Positions 24,280 through 38,479 are shown, counted from the whole stretch's first letter. The stretch: 63,981 nt of DNA, filler included, from Octopus bimaculoides (GCF_001194135.2; 6 parts of 6 records of this genome joined end to end with filler, not necessarily neighbours in it); one strand, 5' to 3'. Numbers and translations are program-made. Notes: generated by a model not told the origin, from the letters alone.

Positions 24280-24363
24280 ATACTCTTACTCTTTTTATTT
24301 CAGTCATTTTGACTGTAGCCATGCTGGAGCACCGCCTTTAGTCGAGCATATCGACCCCAGAAT
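24280..24363 (-). mobile_element. SINE A 3' tail, cut by a gap
   Basis: TTTCAGTCATTTTGACTGTAGCCATGCTGGAGCACCGCC. Confidence 0.8.
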
Positions 24364-24463
24364 NNNNNNNNNNNNNNNNNNNNNNNNNNNNNNNNNNNNN
24401 NNNNNNNTTAATTAATTAANNNNNNNNNNNNNNNNNNNNNNNNNNNNNNNNNNNNNNNNNNNN
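24364..24463. other. Assembly gap spacer N44-TTAATTAATTAA-N44 (artefact)
   Basis: The same 100-bp pattern appears five times in the window. Confidence 0.9.
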
Positions 24464-24569
24464 GATATATACATACATATATATATATACACACATATAT
24501 ATACATATATATATATATATGTATATATATACACACACACACATATACACACAATATATGTATGCATTA

Positions 24570-24939
24570 TCTTTTACTTGCTTCAGTTATTAGACTGCAG
24601 CCATGCTGGGGCACCACCTGGAAAAAATTTAGTTAAATGAATCAACCCCAATACAATTCTTTTTAACACTTATTCCATTGGCCCTGTTTGCCAAACCACT
24701 AAGTTATGGGGATGTAAACACACGAACACCAGTTGTCAAGCAAAGGTGGGGGCCAAACACAGATACAAAGATACACACACATGCGATGGCCATCTTCTAG
24801 TTTCTCTCTCCCATGAGGCTTTGGTCAACCTGAGGTCATAGTAGAAGACCCTAGCCCAAGGTAGCATGTAGTGAGACTGAACCTGGAACCATGCAGTTCA
24901 GAAGCAAACTTTTTACCACACAGCCATACGCTTGCACCT
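24570..24939 (-). mobile_element. SINE A, full length, CpG-depleted
   Basis: Reverse-complement match to family A head, core and tail. Confidence 0.85.
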
Positions 24940-25062
24940 AGACACAGATATTTATATATGCAGGCAATACAACTTTTCTGTGTATATTTTAAAGCTAGGT
25001 CAAGAAATGCAAACATAAAGCTTGAACAGGCAGCAGTTGGTCAAATAATTTATATCTATACA

Positions 25063-25220
25063 GGTGCAGGCATGGCTGTGTAGTTAAGACGTCCTTTGGC
25101 AAATGTGTGATTCAGGTTCAATCTCATTATATAGCATCATGGGCAAGTGTTTCCTCTGAGCTGACCAAAACCATGGAAGTTGATTTGGTAAATAAATATC
25201 AACTGAAAGAAACCTGTTGT
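25063..25220 (+). mobile_element. SINE A 5' half
   Basis: GGCATGGCTGTGTAGTTAAG...GGGCAAGTGTTT...AACTGAAAGAAACC. Confidence 0.75.
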
Positions 25221-25237
25221 ATATGTGTATGTATATA

Positions 25238-25298
<61 letters not shown>

Positions 25299-26788
25299 CA
25301 CATTGCTCTGCGAACATTTTGTCATCTGACATGTGGCCCCTGTTGCACCTGTACAGGTAATGTCGATTTGATGGAGGGTGTGAGCTTACGTGTAAACAGA
25401 CATTTGATCACCACAACCCAATCATCTGTGTGGTTGTTCAATAAGAATTTGTCAATCCCTCATATGTTGTTTAACGACAGGAGAATCCATCATCATATAT
25501 ATATNNNNNNNNNNNNNNNNNNNNNNNNNNNNNNNNNNNNNNNNNNNNNNNTATATATATGTATATATATATATGTATATATATGTGTGTGTCTGTGTAT
25601 GTGTGTGTGTGTGTGTGTGTGTGCATATGTATATATATGTATATAATTTTACTTAAATACTCTAATAGAGTAAGAAGACAGACAAAGTCCATGCCGCCAC
25701 CATTCAACTTAGAATATATTCTAAGCTGAAGTTAATGTGTCCTACTGATTAATAAATTCTATTTATTTTATTTATGCAGCTGAGGATAGCCCTGCATTTA
25801 AATTGATGTAATGGTTGCCTTGTTCAATCAAATGGAGCCACTTGAAACGGCCGTACTGCATCACCTCTGGATATCTTGTTGCTTATTTTGATTTTATTCA
25901 CCTTATTTTGAGTTGTACGGATAATATCGCACTAATTTTTGGTGCTTCAACTTAAGTACCTAATTCAACTGAATCTCAATTATTTTACATATGTGTGTGT
26001 GTGTGTGTGTAAACACATTCACATGCAAAAGAAAACGTGCCAGGAATCGGAGCTGTTACCATTAACAAAGTAAACAACTGTCTGTTTTTCTAGAAACTGT
26101 CAAAGAGCAAGATTGGTACAAATCATAAATACTTTCAACTCCTCTTATGGCACCGGCTGAATTTATTCAACAATCCACAAATGTTCTTTTGAACTCTTCT
26201 TTGCAAATGGAGGTATACATTTCTGGAAAAAGACTGATTCAACCAAACACTATGAAAGCAACAACCACATAGCGCCAGCACCATCATTGCTTATCATTGG
26301 ATTGATATTACTCTAGTTTCATCATAGAAAAGCTAATATGGATTAAAACATGTAATCACAGTTTTATAGAAACCAGACAGATTAAGTGTCACACGATGGT
26401 TACTTTGACAGGCCAGCTGACACACACAAACAAATACAATAATGTTGATTGCCTCTGCATGACACACTGCAAATCATTACATCGTGATATTTTATTACAA
26501 TATGCCTGAAACCAGTCTGAGACCAAGCTGGAGCATAGTCAAACCAGAGCATTGAAAGTCTGAATTTCTTTCTCAGGGATTTCTCTCATGCAGTAGCGAA
26601 AGACACGAAAGTAAAAGATGAAGAATAAAATTGCACACACACACACACACACACGTGTGTGTGTAGGCAATTATGAGGATAAACATATTAAATATAACAG
26701 CCTGGGTTTGAAATGCTAAATATATATTTATAAGTGATGATGATGATGATGAAGTGTTTATCTATATTCTTCTTTTATTCTTTTTCTT

Positions 26789-26995
26789 TCTTTACTTGTT
26801 TCAGTCATTTGACTGTGGCCATGCTGGAGCACCACCTTTAGTTGAAAAAAATCAACCCCAGTACTTATTCTTTGTAAGCATAGTAACTTATTCTATCAAT
26901 TTCTTTTCCCAAACCACTAGGTTACAGGGACGTAAACACACCAGCATCAGTTGTCAAGCGATGGTGGGGGAATAAACACGGACACGCACACAAAT
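26789..26995 (-). mobile_element. SINE A 3' half
   Basis: TTTACTTGTTTCAGTCATTTGACTGTGGCCATGCTGGAGCACC. Confidence 0.85.
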
Positions 26996-27010
26996 ATATA
27001 CATATATCTA

Positions 27011-27058
<48 letters not shown>

Positions 27059-27669
27059 CATAGCCATACACCTTGAAGCTGGCATAGGGTACAATTTCAG
27101 TACAGGATCTTCTGTATAAGAAAACTAAAGAAAACAAACATATACACAAATATTGATACTTGAAACCAATAAATAAATCAGTGTTTTAGCTTCGAAGATT
27201 TTTAGGGGTCACTTAAAACATACAATATTATATTTATTGTCATTTATGCTAGAAACAAACTAACTTGAATTAGTAAAGTAGTAAAAGGCTTATTTAAAAA
27301 AAAATTACTAAAATAAAGGAAGGAATATTCCAAAAATTTATTGAAGATTTCGAAATCTCTTTCATTAGATTCTAGAAAATTACTTGTGCAACTTTATAAA
27401 ATATTTGCAAAGACTCAATATCAGATAAGACTGACATTTCTTTCTTTTTTTATTTTACCAAATCTCTCCTTTTCTTTGAGACCCTTCTCCAGCTTCCTCA
27501 CCCAGCATTTTTCCAGTTTATAACCACACATGCATGAGAATGAAAGTTTTAAGCAAATGCATATCTGTGTATGTGTCTATGTATATATAAACATGTGTGT
27601 GTGTATAATACACACATACGCATGCATTAATTCATACATATATATGCAAATATCCATACACAGACACAC

Positions 27670-27716
<47 letters not shown>

Positions 27717-28233
27717 TGCACATGCACAGAGATATGGGCTCAATCGAGCACACACTGATATAGATGATATTTAATTCAACTTAGGTGATGAAAATAATTC
27801 TTTTTATCTCGTTGAACGTCTTATAATGGGTGCCAAGCTCAGGTTGGGTCAATAATTTAAGTTTCCCCATAACGTGTTTTTTTTAACGCACTTCCACACC
27901 CCCTTGCATATGGTTATCATGTAATTTCACTCAGGTAAATGCTAAATATTCATCAAAACTTACATATCCACCCACAGCTAGCGTATTTATCAGTGCAGCC
28001 TATCAATTAGGCTATTGATCTCTTGGAGCAAAGAATACAGGTTCAGTCCCATTTAGCAGCAAAAGGTTTTATTATCTGAAATAATCTGTGTCCAATATCA
28101 ATATGTGAAATAATGCAGAAACATTATTCATATATATATATATCTTTGCATACACATATATATATATATATGTTTGTATACACATACATGTGTATATATA
28201 TGCATACATGCATACAAACACCACATATACATG

Positions 28234-28265
<32 letters not shown>

Positions 28266-28880
28266 ATATCGGCACACATTCTTATATTAGCCTTTGACTC
28301 AGGGTTGGCACCCAACTAAGTGTTTGTAAGTTTTTGTTATTTCTTTCGGAGTGTGAAGTTACAGGGAAAGAAAGAAAAAAATAAACAAACACATCAAAAC
28401 AAAAATAAAATAAAATAAATAAATTGAATGTATGAAGACATGAGTAATCAATAATCAAAACTGATATAAGAAAGATAAAATATTGGATGTTTTAATCCAT
28501 GAGTACACAGTCCTGCTATCTTCTCCCAATCATATAGTTTCCATTTCTTTAATCCATTCACTTACGGCAAAAATCTATAAACTTAAAACAGAATATTATT
28601 TTGAAATGAAATTCATTCAAGTGGCTAAATATATTTCCAGTTATTTTTTTTTAGGGAAATATTAGATTTTGTTTGTTTGTTGTAAATTTTTAAGTCTAAT
28701 TTCTTTTTTAAAGGCAATTTCTTTTCTTCCCACCAAAATTTTGTACACACAATAGTTCATTGTGGTGCTGGTGGTATTGGTGTTGCTGATAGTGGTTGTA
28801 TTGGTACCAAGGGTGTTTTACTAAAATCTAAACTAAGGTAATTTTAATTCCACTATATTAGCTGTCTGTCTGTCCCTTAT

Positions 28881-29090
28881 CTCTTTTACTTCTTTCAGCT
28901 CAAAAACTGTTGCCATGCTGGGGCACCACCATTGGTGGGCTCCTTTCAGTTTCCCTCTACCAAATCCACTCACAAGGCTTTGGTCAGTCAGAGGCTATAG
29001 TAGAAAACACTTACCCAAGGTGCTGCACAGTGGGACTGAACTTGAAACCACATGGTTGCAAAGGAAGTTTCTTAAATACACAGCCAGACC
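28881..29090 (-). mobile_element. SINE A with central deletion
   Basis: The tail is joined directly to the core and head segments. Confidence 0.8.
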
Positions 29091-29399
29091 TAAACTAGAC
29101 TTTGTTCTCATGCCAGAAATCAAACTTCAGTTGCCTGGGTGAAAGCCAGGAATGAATTTGAATTATCAAATAAATTTATGAAAAATATGGAAATAAATTA
29201 AAAACAAATACAGGAGTTAGGAATGCTGGTAACTGCAGTAAACAAACTGAAGAGGAGGATGGAACTCGTAAAATGAAGAGTTTAAATTTTGTCCCCAACT
29301 CCATTTCTCCTCCATGTTGGATTTAATTAAACATTCATTTTGAAATTTGAAGGACATTACTGAATATGACCGGCACCTGAAGACAGCTAACAACCAAGA

Positions 29400-29860
29400 T
29401 GTGGACACTGGTCTGAATATCCTCATTAGCCATGTATCTTTCCTGTGTCCAGGGGTCAGCTGGTCAAAGCTCTGCAGTTTCCTTTCTGTTGTATTGCATG
29501 CAAACAACCAGCCAAATTCTCATCTCCAAACGTCTTTGATAGCCTCTTGTTCTCTTCCTCTCCATAGTTTCTTTCAAGATGGTCTTCCACAGTGAGTCAT
29601 GGTGCATTGTGTCCAAAATATAATAGTTTCGGGGATTTAATTCTCAACAATTTGGTTGTCTTTCAACTTTCAGCTGTTCCAGAACTACACCATTGGCTAC
29701 CCAGTCTTTCTAGCTTATCCTTCCAAATCTGCAAAAGGTCAACACCTCAAAGGCATCTGTCTTCTACATTGCTGCATATATTGTCCAAGTCTATGCCCCA
29801 CAGATGACAACTGGTACAATGTTGCCATTTTTAGTGCAATGGTATGTCTTTTGAGGTGAA
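29400..29860 (-). mobile_element. RTE-clade (BovB-like) LINE 3' fragment
   Basis: Decayed translation includes WVANGVVLEQLKVE, RIKSPKLLYFGH and DSLWKTILKETMERKRTRG. Confidence 0.7.
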
Positions 29861-30352
29861 GATTTCTTTCATTTTTATAAATGTTGTGTTTTGAAGGTAC
29901 ATAGCCGAGCGGCCAGGGTGTTGCATTCACTATTGCCAAATCATTTTCTTTGACTGCAAGTCAAAGCTAAGAATGATTAAAAAGTTTTGCATTGGCTTGA
30001 TTTGCCAAAATAAGAAAACATTGCAAGTGAACAAATGAAAGTGGAAATGAAAGTAGAAACCGAATGAAGAGAACCGAAAAATATAAAATGGGCAGGATAC
30101 GAACATACAAATGCGCATGCATGTTTGTATACACACACACACATGTACAGACATACAGACATATTCAGATGGTGGGCCTCTCTAAGGAAATGACAAAGGA
30201 GCAGGGGATTTGCTCTACTCAGTAAAGCACATCAAGCTAAGCAAAACCGCTGTCTTCCACTTATACAGGCTTGTCGTTTCAGGTGCCAGTGCCACTTAAA
30301 AAACACCTGTGCCAGTGCTGCATTAATGCACCCGTGCTGGTGGCACATAAAA

Positions 30353-30412
<60 letters not shown>

Positions 30413-30490
30413 ATGTATGTATATACATGTGCACCATTGAAGAGGCAGTGAGCTAACAGAAACAAACTGCATAATGGCATTCCTTCCAGC

Positions 30491-30610
30491 TCTTTACACT
30501 CTGAGTTCAAATCTTTTGGGGTTGATAAAATAAAATACCAGTCAAGTATTGGGGGATCAACATAATCAATTTGTCCCCTCCCCTCAAAAACGTTACTGAC
30601 CTTGAACCCT
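30491..30610 (+). mobile_element. SINE B fragment
   Basis: CTGAGTTCAAATC...GGGGTTGATAAAATAAAATACCAGTC. Confidence 0.55.
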
Positions 30611-32227
30611 GCAATGGATTGGGCATCCAGTTCAGGGGGATTGTTGTAATGACCTCAGAAACTGGGTGACCACCCCTATGTGTTTCAGGGCTCAACAACA
30701 AAAAGAACCAAAAACAAAAACAAACAAAAAAAACCTACTGAAGCTGATAACAAAATATGAGACTTTAGACATATGATCAGACTGTTAGAAGCAAACTGAG
30801 AGAGAGACATGACATAGAAACATTTCTAAAACGTAAAAGGGGTTGACGTTGATTGGCAGAAAGTATGTGGGAGTTATTATAATTTATTGCCTTGCAAGAA
30901 AGAAGGATTGTGACAACGTAATAACAAAAGAGAAAAATGGTGAGACATAAACAACAATTTTTACTTCCTGCAAATATAGCAGGAGCTTAGTTCTCCACCA
31001 CTTAATTTCATTGCTTTGAATTCTTCATTCTCCTTTAATAAAAGATCATTTTATCTCTCTCTCTCTCTCTCTTTCCTGATTTTGAAGGAAAGAGTAGGAA
31101 GGATTAAAGAAATTGCATAGGAAAGAAATACAGTGAGGTTGAGTGTAGTTCAAGCCAGATAAAAGATATTAAACAGTAATGGGCTGAAAAGTTGAAATAA
31201 ATTCTAGCAGAATATTATTTTGAGAAAGACAAGCCAGCCAACAGAGTAATAACATGAAGAGANNNNNNNNNNNNNNNNNNNNNNNNNNNNNNNNNNNNNN
31301 NNNNNNNNNNNNNNNNNNNNNNNNNNNNNNNNNNNNNNNNNNNNNNNNNNNNNNNNNNNNNNNNNNNNNNNNNNNNNNNNNNNNNNNNNNNNNNNNNNNN
31401 NNNNNNNNNNNNNNNNNNNNNNNNNNNNNNNNNNNNNNNNNNNNNNNNNNNNNNNNNNNNNNNNNNNNNNNNNNNNNNNNNNNNNNNNNNNNNNNNNNNN
31501 NNNNNNNNNNNNNNNNNNNNNNNNNNNNNNNNNNNNNNNNNNNNNNNNNNNNNNNNNNNNNNNNNNNNNNNNNNNNNNNNNNNNNNNNNGTACAGTAGAG
31601 AAGGATTTAATCAATGTTTAGTTGTACATTCATTCACATTCACTGCAGCTAATTTTGTTCTTTACTTTCTTTATGACCCGACTCGTGGCTACTTTCACTT
31701 TCTACTTCTTTGCCTCCTCCTCCTCCTCCACCACTCCTTCACTCTTTCTTGCAGACATTCACTACTTTCAGCACTACTTTTACTATCACTACCTATTTAT
31801 ACATAAATGCATCCATATATAATTTAACTACGTACTCAAACACACATGTATATATCTGCAAAGGGAATAAACAATATTAAGACGTATACACATCCACAAA
31901 CAAATATAAATAAATACATCTACGCAAATATTAATATATGTGTAAAAACACGAGGCCTGCTTTGGGGAGACACATTCAAATAAAATACACATTTATACAA
32001 ATTTATGAAAACAGAAATTCTCTTGCTAAAGTCTACAATAGAGAGAGAAATCAACAAACAAACATAAATGCACATGGAAGGCCAGGAGTTCACTTTCCAA
32101 ATCTATACAAATGATTACTTTATTGTAACTGGTGGACTGCATGGCTGGTTGGTGGGTTGGGCAGCTGGATGGCTGGCAGAGTTGGTGGGTTGGCCAACTA
32201 TCTCTGGGTATGCAAAGCAAGTTGTCT

Positions 32228-32241
32228 GTTGCCATGGTAAT
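32228..32241. promoter_or_regulatory. RFX X-box-like motif GTTGCCATGGTAAT
   Basis: One mismatch to GTTNCCATGGNAAC, in unique sequence; function untested. Confidence 0.4.
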
Positions 32242-32537
32242 AAAAGCTACTTCTCTTCCATCCTACCCTTCAGCAGATACCCTTTTGTCTATAGCGGTCA
32301 GTCGGTCAGTGTGATGCTGTCTGCAGATGCTGCAGTGGTGGGTTATTATCAGTTGAAATCTTCTTTATCATTTGAACCAAAACTAAAGTTCTCAGTGTTG
32401 TCTCTCAGAGCCAGCCACTACCAATCTCATTCAAATTAACCAACTAGCCAAAGTTTATTGTTCGCAAATAATTCTATGTTAGGGTTTTAGTGAAAAGCAA
32501 AAGAATAAAAACAATGAACACAAACAAACAAATAATA

Positions 32538-32584
<47 letters not shown>

Positions 32585-33420
32585 TAAAACCTCGGTTATT
32601 ATAAATATTTCAGTTATAAACAAAAATTCTAATTCTTCTAAATCCATTGTTTGAATTTCCATCGAATTCTACATATCAATGGATTTTTCAGTCAGTGGCA
32701 AGTAATAATTATTGTCTTTGAGAGAAGTGTGATAATTTCAAATAAAAACAAAGAAAACAATAATGATAAAAGGATAGAATGTTACAACATCGATGAAGAA
32801 ATTAAAATTTGGTTCTTAATTGATAGTATTGAATCTCTTTCTAGCCTTTGTCCATCTGCTTCTTGGTGTTCTGTTTCATTTAATAGTAAAGGTCACCAAA
32901 TCGAAATTTAAATTTCTTCTTCAGACCTAAAATTTTTAAGACCAGATTCATAAGAGTGATGAATATTTTTATATTATTTTTTTCTTCTTTATTTCATTTT
33001 AATCATTTTAATCATCAAGGGTGTAAAGAAAGCAAACTTAAAATGTCAAATCCAAGGAAACGAATTTGTCTTTTCTTTCTAATTAATATCCTTTTCTTTT
33101 CAAATAAACTAAAAATCTTCAACTCATAAAAACGTTTTATGTAGGAAACCTTAAATGGCTTGTAACTGATACCATGTGACTAGATGTACAGATTAGAAAA
33201 ATGGAGGAAAAGGGATCAGTGTTACAATGCATAATACACCTGGATCAAAGAAAGACAATGTGGTAAGATTGCTGTGATACTGCTTTCATTAATGGTTCTT
33301 ATGATGGGAAAGTTCTTACTTAAGCGAAAAGTTGAGGGGAAATTCTTAACTGTTGATTACAATGGTTTTTATACAAACTTCTTGCCATTACTTTTTACAA
33401 CTGTTTATTCAAGAAAGAAG

Positions 33421-33680
33421 GTGAAGGCATGGTTGCGTGGTTATAGAATTTCTTTAGCAACTGTGTGAGTTTGATTTCAGTTCCACAATGTGGCACCTTG
33501 GGCAAGTGTCTTCAATAACTTGCGAGTGGATTTGGTAGATGGAAACTGTGTGGAAACCTATATGTGTGTGTGTCATTATGTTTGTCACACATACTCAATG
33601 CTTGACACCAGTGTTGGTTTGCTTACATATCTGTAACTTAGCAGTTTGGCAAAAGAGGCTGACAAATGTTCATTACTTAC
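33421..33680 (+). mobile_element. SINE A, degenerate
   Basis: GTGGCACCTTGGGCAAGTGTCTTC core and GTAACTTAGCAGTTTGGCAAAAGAG. Confidence 0.8.
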
Positions 33681-33940
33681 TTTTTTATTATCTATGACCC
33701 TTGACAGGGCCTCCAAGACTGGCAGATGGGGGAAGAGGGCAAAAAATGAAAAAGGGAAAGGAAGAGAGAGGGAGAGAGGAAGGCATTTCCAAACCAGAGA
33801 GCTGGCCTGAATGCTTGCAACAGAGAGGAATTTGCTAAAGACACTTAAGGGACTAGGTAACAATGAATTAAGCCCCCCCCCCCACCATACAATAAGTGAA
33901 AAGCAGAACCAGTTCAATCACAAGAAAGCTTATATTTTAA

Positions 33941-34246
33941 AACTGGTTCTCAACGGCGGTCCATGTGGTCCCTAAGAGTCTATGTGGTCCCTAGGGGTCC
34001 ATATGATCCTTAGGGGCTCGTGCAAGACTTTTTATTAAAATTTATGCGCAATAAATTGCTGATATTTTTGCAATGCACAAAATATTTTAACAAGTTTTTT
34101 AATACAATTTCTAATAATATTTAATAATAAAAATTTAATGGGATTTTTTAAACATTGAATGTTTGAGAAAAATAGGAATCAAAGGGCTTCGTAGATAAAA
34201 TAGGAATCAAAGGGCTTCGTAGATAAAATATGGTTGAGAACAAATG
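33941..34246. mobile_element. hAT-like MITE
   Basis: Termini CTGGTTCTCAAC / GTTGAGAACAAATG, subterminal GGTCC repeats and a 28-bp tandem duplication near the right end. Confidence 0.55.
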
Positions 34247-34947
34247 ATTTAAAACAATGTAACAAGGGAAGAAAACAAAGCAAAACAAAAAAAGATTACT
34301 GATTGCATTAGATACACGTGTATGTGAGAACAATGTTTATTATTCTGGCCATTTCAGTAAAGAACTGAGATTTCATTTAGTTTGTCTTTCTCTATAGTTG
34401 ATTCTTCACACTATCCCTTAACAAACGATGAATCAAATGGCAAGGAAAAGCCGATACTCTTCTAAGCTTAACATCTTGTCGTGTTCCATTGATCTTTTCT
34501 TACAAAACAGTAGAGCTTGTTGGTCTTTTCCTGTCCTCCCCCCTTTTCTTTATTTCTTTGTCAAAGGAATGAGTTTACTTCTCACGCACTGCTACATTGT
34601 CAATATATTTATACGAGTCTTTGGTAGATCTACTGTTCAAACTAATGTTACTATATATCTACACTGGTCTAAAAAGTTAATATAACAAACACATGACATA
34701 TTATTTATCTGTTTGTCTTACATGACCCTGTTTTATCCTCAATGTAGAAATAATGTCTATTGAACGAAAGTATAATGTCTGTTATTCTATTGAGGTCGAC
34801 TTCAATATTTCGAGACTTTCTACATTATAAATTATACAATGAAAGATTCCCGCAGAATAATCAAAAGTGGGTTTAAATGGCATTGGTAAATCCAAGGATT
34901 AAGGAGGAATCTATAGCAGAGCTTAAACATTTTCTTCCCTTATGCAG

Positions 34948-35060
34948 ATATGGCTGTGCAGTTAAGAAGTTTGCTCCACAATCGTGTAGTTCCAGGTTCA
35001 ATCTTACTGGGTGGTACCTGTGACAAGAGTCTTCTACTCCATTCTCATGTTGACAGAAGC
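34948..35060 (+). mobile_element. SINE A 5' fragment
   Basis: ATGGCTGTGCAGTTAAGAAGTTTGC...CAGGTTCAATC. Confidence 0.65.
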
Positions 35061-35214
35061 TTTAAAAAGACTGACAGACATATATCCTAGAGGGTGGATT
35101 CATGTCATACAGCATGTTAAAAGTTAATGTAATCCATAGTGTTAATCAGCATGATATAATGTCTGATATGGCCAATTGTTAAAGACACAGGTATAATCCA
35201 TTTAACAGTCCTCC

Positions 35215-35320
35215 ACATAGTTTCTGCCAATTCATTTTCACACACAAGGATTGAGTTAACCTCAGGGTATGGCAAGAGACTCTTATCCAAGGTGCCATGC
35301 AACAGGAAGTGAAATCACAG
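35215..35320 (-). mobile_element. SINE A core fragment
   Basis: CCAAGGTGCCATGCAAC is the reverse of the core. Confidence 0.55.
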
Positions 35321-35406
35321 GCAGACTAGCAGAGAAAGTAAGCATTTGATGTGACCGATTTGCTAGAGAAGAGTATGTAGCACAAGCACACTGGAAATAG
35401 ATTCTC

Positions 35407-35715
35407 TTGCCAATTAATTGTCCTGGTTCACTAGAAATAATTGATAGCTTGTGTTACCTAGGAACTGTAATTAGCAAAAGAGGAGGTTACTCTGAAAGTA
35501 CAGCAGCTAGGGTAAGAATGGATTGCAGACAGTTCAAAGAGCTTCTACCATGGCTGGTAACAAAGGTTTTATCTGTCAGAGTGCCAAGCAGACTGTGTGA
35601 CAAGAACTGCAAAACTATGATGCTACATGGACCTTGAATACAAAAGACTTGTGGAGTCTTAAAAGAAATGAAGTGAGCATGCTCCATTGGATGTGCAATG
35701 TAAGTGTGCATAAAT
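35407..35715 (+). mobile_element. RTE-clade LINE fragment (post-RT region)
   Basis: LEIIDSLCYLGTVISKRGGYSES..ARVR...FKELLP..TK..S.RV..RL..TMMLHG. Confidence 0.8.
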
Positions 35716-35944
35716 GACACAGTAAATGGCAATTTTACATCATACTAAAAGCAACTGAAGCAGTCTTTATACTTGTTCGAAATGTCATTTTCTTTTCTTT
35801 CTATTTATGTCTTTTTAAAAACTTTTTCCTGGTTTCAATCATTGAACTACAATCATGCTTGAGCACTAGCTTAAAGGATTTAATTCAGTGATTCTCAAAC
35901 AGGATGCATATCCCCCCCCCCNNNNNNNNNNGGAGGGGGGCCAT

Positions 35945-36512
35945 ATTCATTTTGAAAATAATGAAGAATTTAGTAAAATAATTTGATGAAACACTTTAAT
36001 TCACAACACTTCAAAATGGAAACTTTGCATCACAGAAATAGGTGTGGCTTCAGGTGGGTTGCTACCAAAAGTGTTAGAATACTATATATCATCTTATAAG
36101 GAACATGTTGTCATATGTATTTTATTCCACTTAACCATTCTGTTTTTATATTTCTGTTGAAATACTTTGTTTTTCTTCCAAATAATTTTGAAAATAATAA
36201 AGAAATTAGCAAAATAATTTCGTCATTATTAAATGGGTGTTTAGAACATAAATTAACATGAAACTATGAGAGAATATTTTAATTCAGATCATGTTCCCCT
36301 TTTTGTTACCACATTTCTGTTGAAATACACTGCTGTTGCTTCAATTAATTTAGAAAATGATAAACAATTTAGGGAAGTAACTCTGTCATTATCATGCTGG
36401 TGTTTGGACCATAAATATTGATGCAAAGTTTTAATTCACATCACTTTAAATTAGGAAGTTTGTCTCATAAAACCAAAAACAGTCTTGGACAGGTTGGCAT
36501 CAAAAGGGTTAA
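35945..36512. mobile_element. piggyBac-like MITE, three partial tandem copies
   Basis: Right end CAAAAGGGTTAA and left end TTAACC. The unit ATTTCTGTTGAAATAC..GAAAATAATAAAGAA(A/T)TTAG recurs at 35945, 36131 and 36296. Confidence 0.6.
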
Positions 36513-37055
36513 GCTGAAATGCTTTAAAAGAATTTCTCAAGAATAAAAAGAAAATGGTGGAGCGGGTGAAATAAAACAAGAGAAATGGGAGGGAGGGGAA
36601 AGAGCAAGTTGTCACCAAAGTGAAAGCATCTAGATTAAGAATGTTCTGGAAATGTTATCTATTTCAGCAATGCTAACTATACAATATAGCTTAGGCTGTC
36701 CTTTGAGCGTCTGCTCACAGAAGAAACATCTGTGCCTGTATGTTGATAACATGATTATTTACAAAAGAGCCACAGCTGTTCCAAGCAGGCCGAGTCCTTC
36801 CTATTGAGTTGTTAATCACGTAAATGGCTAGAAATTGGGGATTTGATCTTATTGCAAAATGGCTGGCATATAGGAAATAATTTGTTCTTTAATTTCAAAC
36901 AATCTGTATGTTTTTACAACAGGCTGTGAATGAGAAGGAAACACACAAACACAGGCATGCACATATAAACAGGTATATACATATACATATATATATATAC
37001 ACATACATGTACATATGTAAATGAATAATATATATATATATATATATGTAAATAA

Positions 37056-37128
<73 letters not shown>

Positions 37129-38167
37129 TGTGTGTATACATAATCGCACACATACTACATATACAACGTATGTGGGTGTAGTTGTTTAGACAGAGATAAC
37201 AATTGCAGCAATAGAAGGCTGTGACCAATTAAGTTTTAAAGAAGTGGGAGATCAGCGGAGAATACACAATTCCAGAAAAGGGAAAGAAGTGTCTGTTAAG
37301 ATTGATTAAAAGAGACATGTAGGATTGTAAAAGCACAGCACGTGTTTTGGGAGAATATGCATTTATAAGTGTATGTATATATTGTGTGTATGCATGTGTG
37401 TGTGAGTGTGTGTGTGTGTGTGTGTGTGCATTCATCTTAATATACATGTAAAGAGAAAAGGGCTGACATAAGCATATATATGTATATGCATGTGTATATA
37501 TACGCATATAGATGTGTGTGTATGTGTGTATATATTTATAGATATATGCAAGTATATAAATATATATTTACATGTATGCACACACACACATGTATATATA
37601 TATGTATGCATATATATATGCTTGTGTGTGTGTATTTATGGGGTGATGTTTGGCAATATATGTGAATATGTGTACAGTAAAAATGATTAAATGACAAGTC
37701 ATATGTATATGTCAGGTTGTCTTAGCGGGATCATCTTAAGCAAATTCGGTAAAAAGTTCCAACAGATACTGTCTTTAATTACCAACTGGTGAAGGGGAGA
37801 AGGTATCAAATAGCTGTTGAAGAAGAAACTTGACCATCTTTATCAAAGATTTACAGGTCAATAATTCTTTTGTTGAAATCTTAAGAAGCAGTTTGTAAGC
37901 AATAAGCCCCTGCCATTCTCTATCATTCTCTCATACTACTAATATCTCACTTTGTTTTTATTAGACTCTCATGTACTGGAATTTACCATTCAGAGAGGAA
38001 TATCTGACATTCAAAACACCATTATCGAAATCTACTTAATTTAGAAATGGTAATGTCTTTCAAAAGAAACAGAAAGAGCAAAATAGCGGGATGGAGAGGA
38101 AAAAAAAAAAAAATGAAACCAACCATACTACTACTGCTGCTACTACTACTACTACTACTACTACTAC

Positions 38168-38205
<38 letters not shown>

Positions 38206-38479
38206 TATAATAATGTATTTATCAATAAATTGTAATATTATTATCATTTACTGATTGTGTTTGTGTATGTTTTTCTAACTCAAGTTGTTGCTTTAAGGCC
38301 AGTTTTAGATGGAATTGAAGTAAAGAAATAAATATACAAAGTATTTTACTTCTAAAAAATAAAGGAAATAAATTCCTTCCACAGTAAAAATAAAAATTAG
38401 TTTAAAGTGGAAATTTAAACAACAGACATCAATACTATCGTCATCGTTGTCATCATCATCGTTGTCATCATCATCATCA

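Noticed and set aside
32068-32439. 123-aa ORF in unique sequence
   Set aside because: No recognisable domain or splice context; it includes TGGN low-complexity sequence.
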